Source of the DNA: Tubiluchus corallicola
Lineage: Eukaryota > Animalia > Priapulida
NCBI GenBank assembly: GCA_030141605.1
Contig: JAQGDQ010000092.1
Location: forward strand, 124,001 to 188,000
DNA: 64,000 nt
Direction of reading: 5' to 3'
Shown: one piece after another, positions 62,245 to 64,000 of the stretch
Numbering within the stretch: position 1 is the stretch's first letter
Layout of the letters: every line of letters begins with the position of its first letter
The notes under the pieces: model-generated
Database searches by the model: none
The model's input: only the letters and a program-made list of their open reading frames with translations
Told to the model about the DNA's origin: nothing
Position numbers and translations under genes: made by a program

Positions 62245-64000
62245 ATGGAACCTGTAAACAGTTTTTGTCCAATATGTGATAAATGCATTCGACGTAACAA
62301 GCGGGCGTTGAACTGCGACTGCTGCTGGGAATTATTCATCTAAAATGTACTTATTTTTCGTTAAAAGGTAAGCTACCAGCTGCAGGTGATGTTTGGTTTT
62401 GCCACGTCTGCTTGCAACACTTATTTGCTTGTAATAATATTATAGACGATAATGAATTTGAATTTGCAGTCAGACCTTCAATAAATTATTCTATCCTGGA
62501 AGATTCTAAATATGATCTGGATATTTTTGAACATTAGTTTGGGGATAATTTTAATAGCTTAGATGAAATTGATCCTGACTTGCAATTCTTTAATAATTCA
62601 AACCAGTTACCAAAAAGCAAATATTTCGACATTGAACAATTCTCATCTGTGTATTCAAATATACGTTATAATAATAGCTTCTCTATGATTCATTTAAATA
62701 TACGTAGTTTGGCAGCAAACTATGATTATTTTACGGCACTCCTACATTTGTTGGAAGTTAACTTCTTAGTCGTAGCTTTATCTGAGACATGGCTTCATTC
62801 TAATTCCCCTTATTATTCCAACTTGCCAGGTTACAGTTTGTTAGTAATAGTTGAGAATATAAAAAAGAATGTGGTGTAGGTTTATACATCAGTAATGATA
62901 TTAAGTATTCGATAAGAAATGATCTCAGCATCACTAATGAGATCTTAGAAACAATTGTCATTCAAGTACATGTTAGCAAAGCTACAAATATAATAGTGGG
63001 TTCTGTTTACAGACTACCTGGTGAAGATACCCAACGTTTCACTGAGCAGTTATCTAATTTATTGTCTACTGTAACCCGTCATAAGAAACAAATTTTCATT
63101 CTTAGTGACTTCAATATTAAGCTATACCCATGAAGCTACACTCTATGATCTCTAATAGTATTTTTCCTGTAATTACCTTACCTACACGTATAACGCCCAA
63201 TAGTTCAACATTGATAGACAATATTTTTATCAGCGTAATTGAATATAAATTCAAATCTGGTAATTTGCTTTTTGACATTAGCGATCACTTGCCAATTTTC
63301 TTGATAATCGATTTAAATGTAACTACGTTTCATTTCTTCAAATATAGCAGAACTCCCTATAATGACCGTATTAAACGCAAATTAGCTTCTGACTTGGATA
63401 ATATTGATTGGAATGATGTATATACTACATCTGAACCACAAGAAGCGTATAATTTATTTTTAGATAAATTTCATCTGATGCACAATAACAATATAACTAC
63501 ATTTAACAATACTAATATAAATTCTGGTGGCATTAAAAAGCCATGGATAACACCTGCCATTTTAAATAGCATTAAATGTAAAAATAAGTTGCATAATCAA
63601 CTTCTCAATAATAATATTAATTATGATCTCACTATTCATGAATACAGCCGGTATCGTAATAGGTTAAACAACATAATAAAATTATCTAAATCTAATTATT
63701 ATCAAAACAAACTAGAACGTGTTAAAACTAACTTGAAGAAAACGTGGATTATTATGAAAGAAATTATACAGTCAAATAGAAATTCTGGTTCCTATGCTCT
63801 TAAAATTAACAACAAGTTAATAACTGACAATAAATCTGTCGCTTGTGCTTTTAACGTGCATTTCTCGCAGATGGATCAAAAATTGGCTGCAGAAATTCCA
63901 AATACTGATGTTAACCCTAAAGTTTATCTTAAGGATGATTATCAATCGACTCTTTTCTTCAGTCCTGTTACAATAAATAAATTAAAATCTACTTGTAAAT
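62245..64000 (+). pseudogene. Disrupted LINE ORF2: PHD finger, APE endonuclease and start of tether; RT lies beyond the window
   Basis: CPICDK...CDCC/IHLKC...WFCHVC (PHD); HLNIRSL, LSETWL, VYRLP, SDFNI, PTRIT, LIDNIF, SDHLPIF (APE). Frameshifts near 62330 and 62865, stop TAG at 62535, and a further lesion near 63130. Confidence 0.9.

Larger units (their letters stand above)
60361..64000 (+). mobile_element. CR1/L2-group non-LTR retrotransposon (LINE), decayed, probably 5'-truncated, continues beyond the window
   Basis: ORF1-like frame, 1.3-kb spacer, then PHD, apurinic endonuclease and pre-RT tether (KPWIT, KKTW, AFNVHF, FFSPVT). Confidence 0.9.

Overview
AT-rich eukaryotic (invertebrate animal) genomic DNA; nothing here is prokaryotic and there is no CRISPR array. 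I reconstructed three intron-rich genes by hand on the + strand, all with GT-AG junctions and continuous reading phase. (1) ADF/cofilin, 3813-11935, 4 coding exons, 149 aa. (2) An RNF8-type E3 ligase, 14673-28200, 11 coding exons, 544 aa: FHA, coiled coil, C3HC4 RING and an extra C-terminal CCHC zinc knuckle. (3) An SLC9C/sNHE-type Na+/H+ exchanger with voltage-sensor and cyclic-nucleotide-binding domains, about 31097 to 55288 or 57609, at least 23 coding exons, about 1260-1280 aa; its 3' end is uncertain. Introns and the right end hold several non-autonomous transposons (a MULE-type MITE with perfect 9-bp TSD, a pogo/Tigger-type MITE, a foldback-like element with a 60-bp array, Helitron-type elements) and a decayed CR1/L2-group LINE that runs off the window. 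The best leads are the substituted ion-binding motif of the SLC9C (GES to GEF) beside intact regulatory domains, the RNF8 zinc knuckle, and a possible second terminal RNF8 exon encoding a variant knuckle. Most entries in the ORF track are exon fragments or noise. No transcript or homology data were available, so all models come from reading the sequence.
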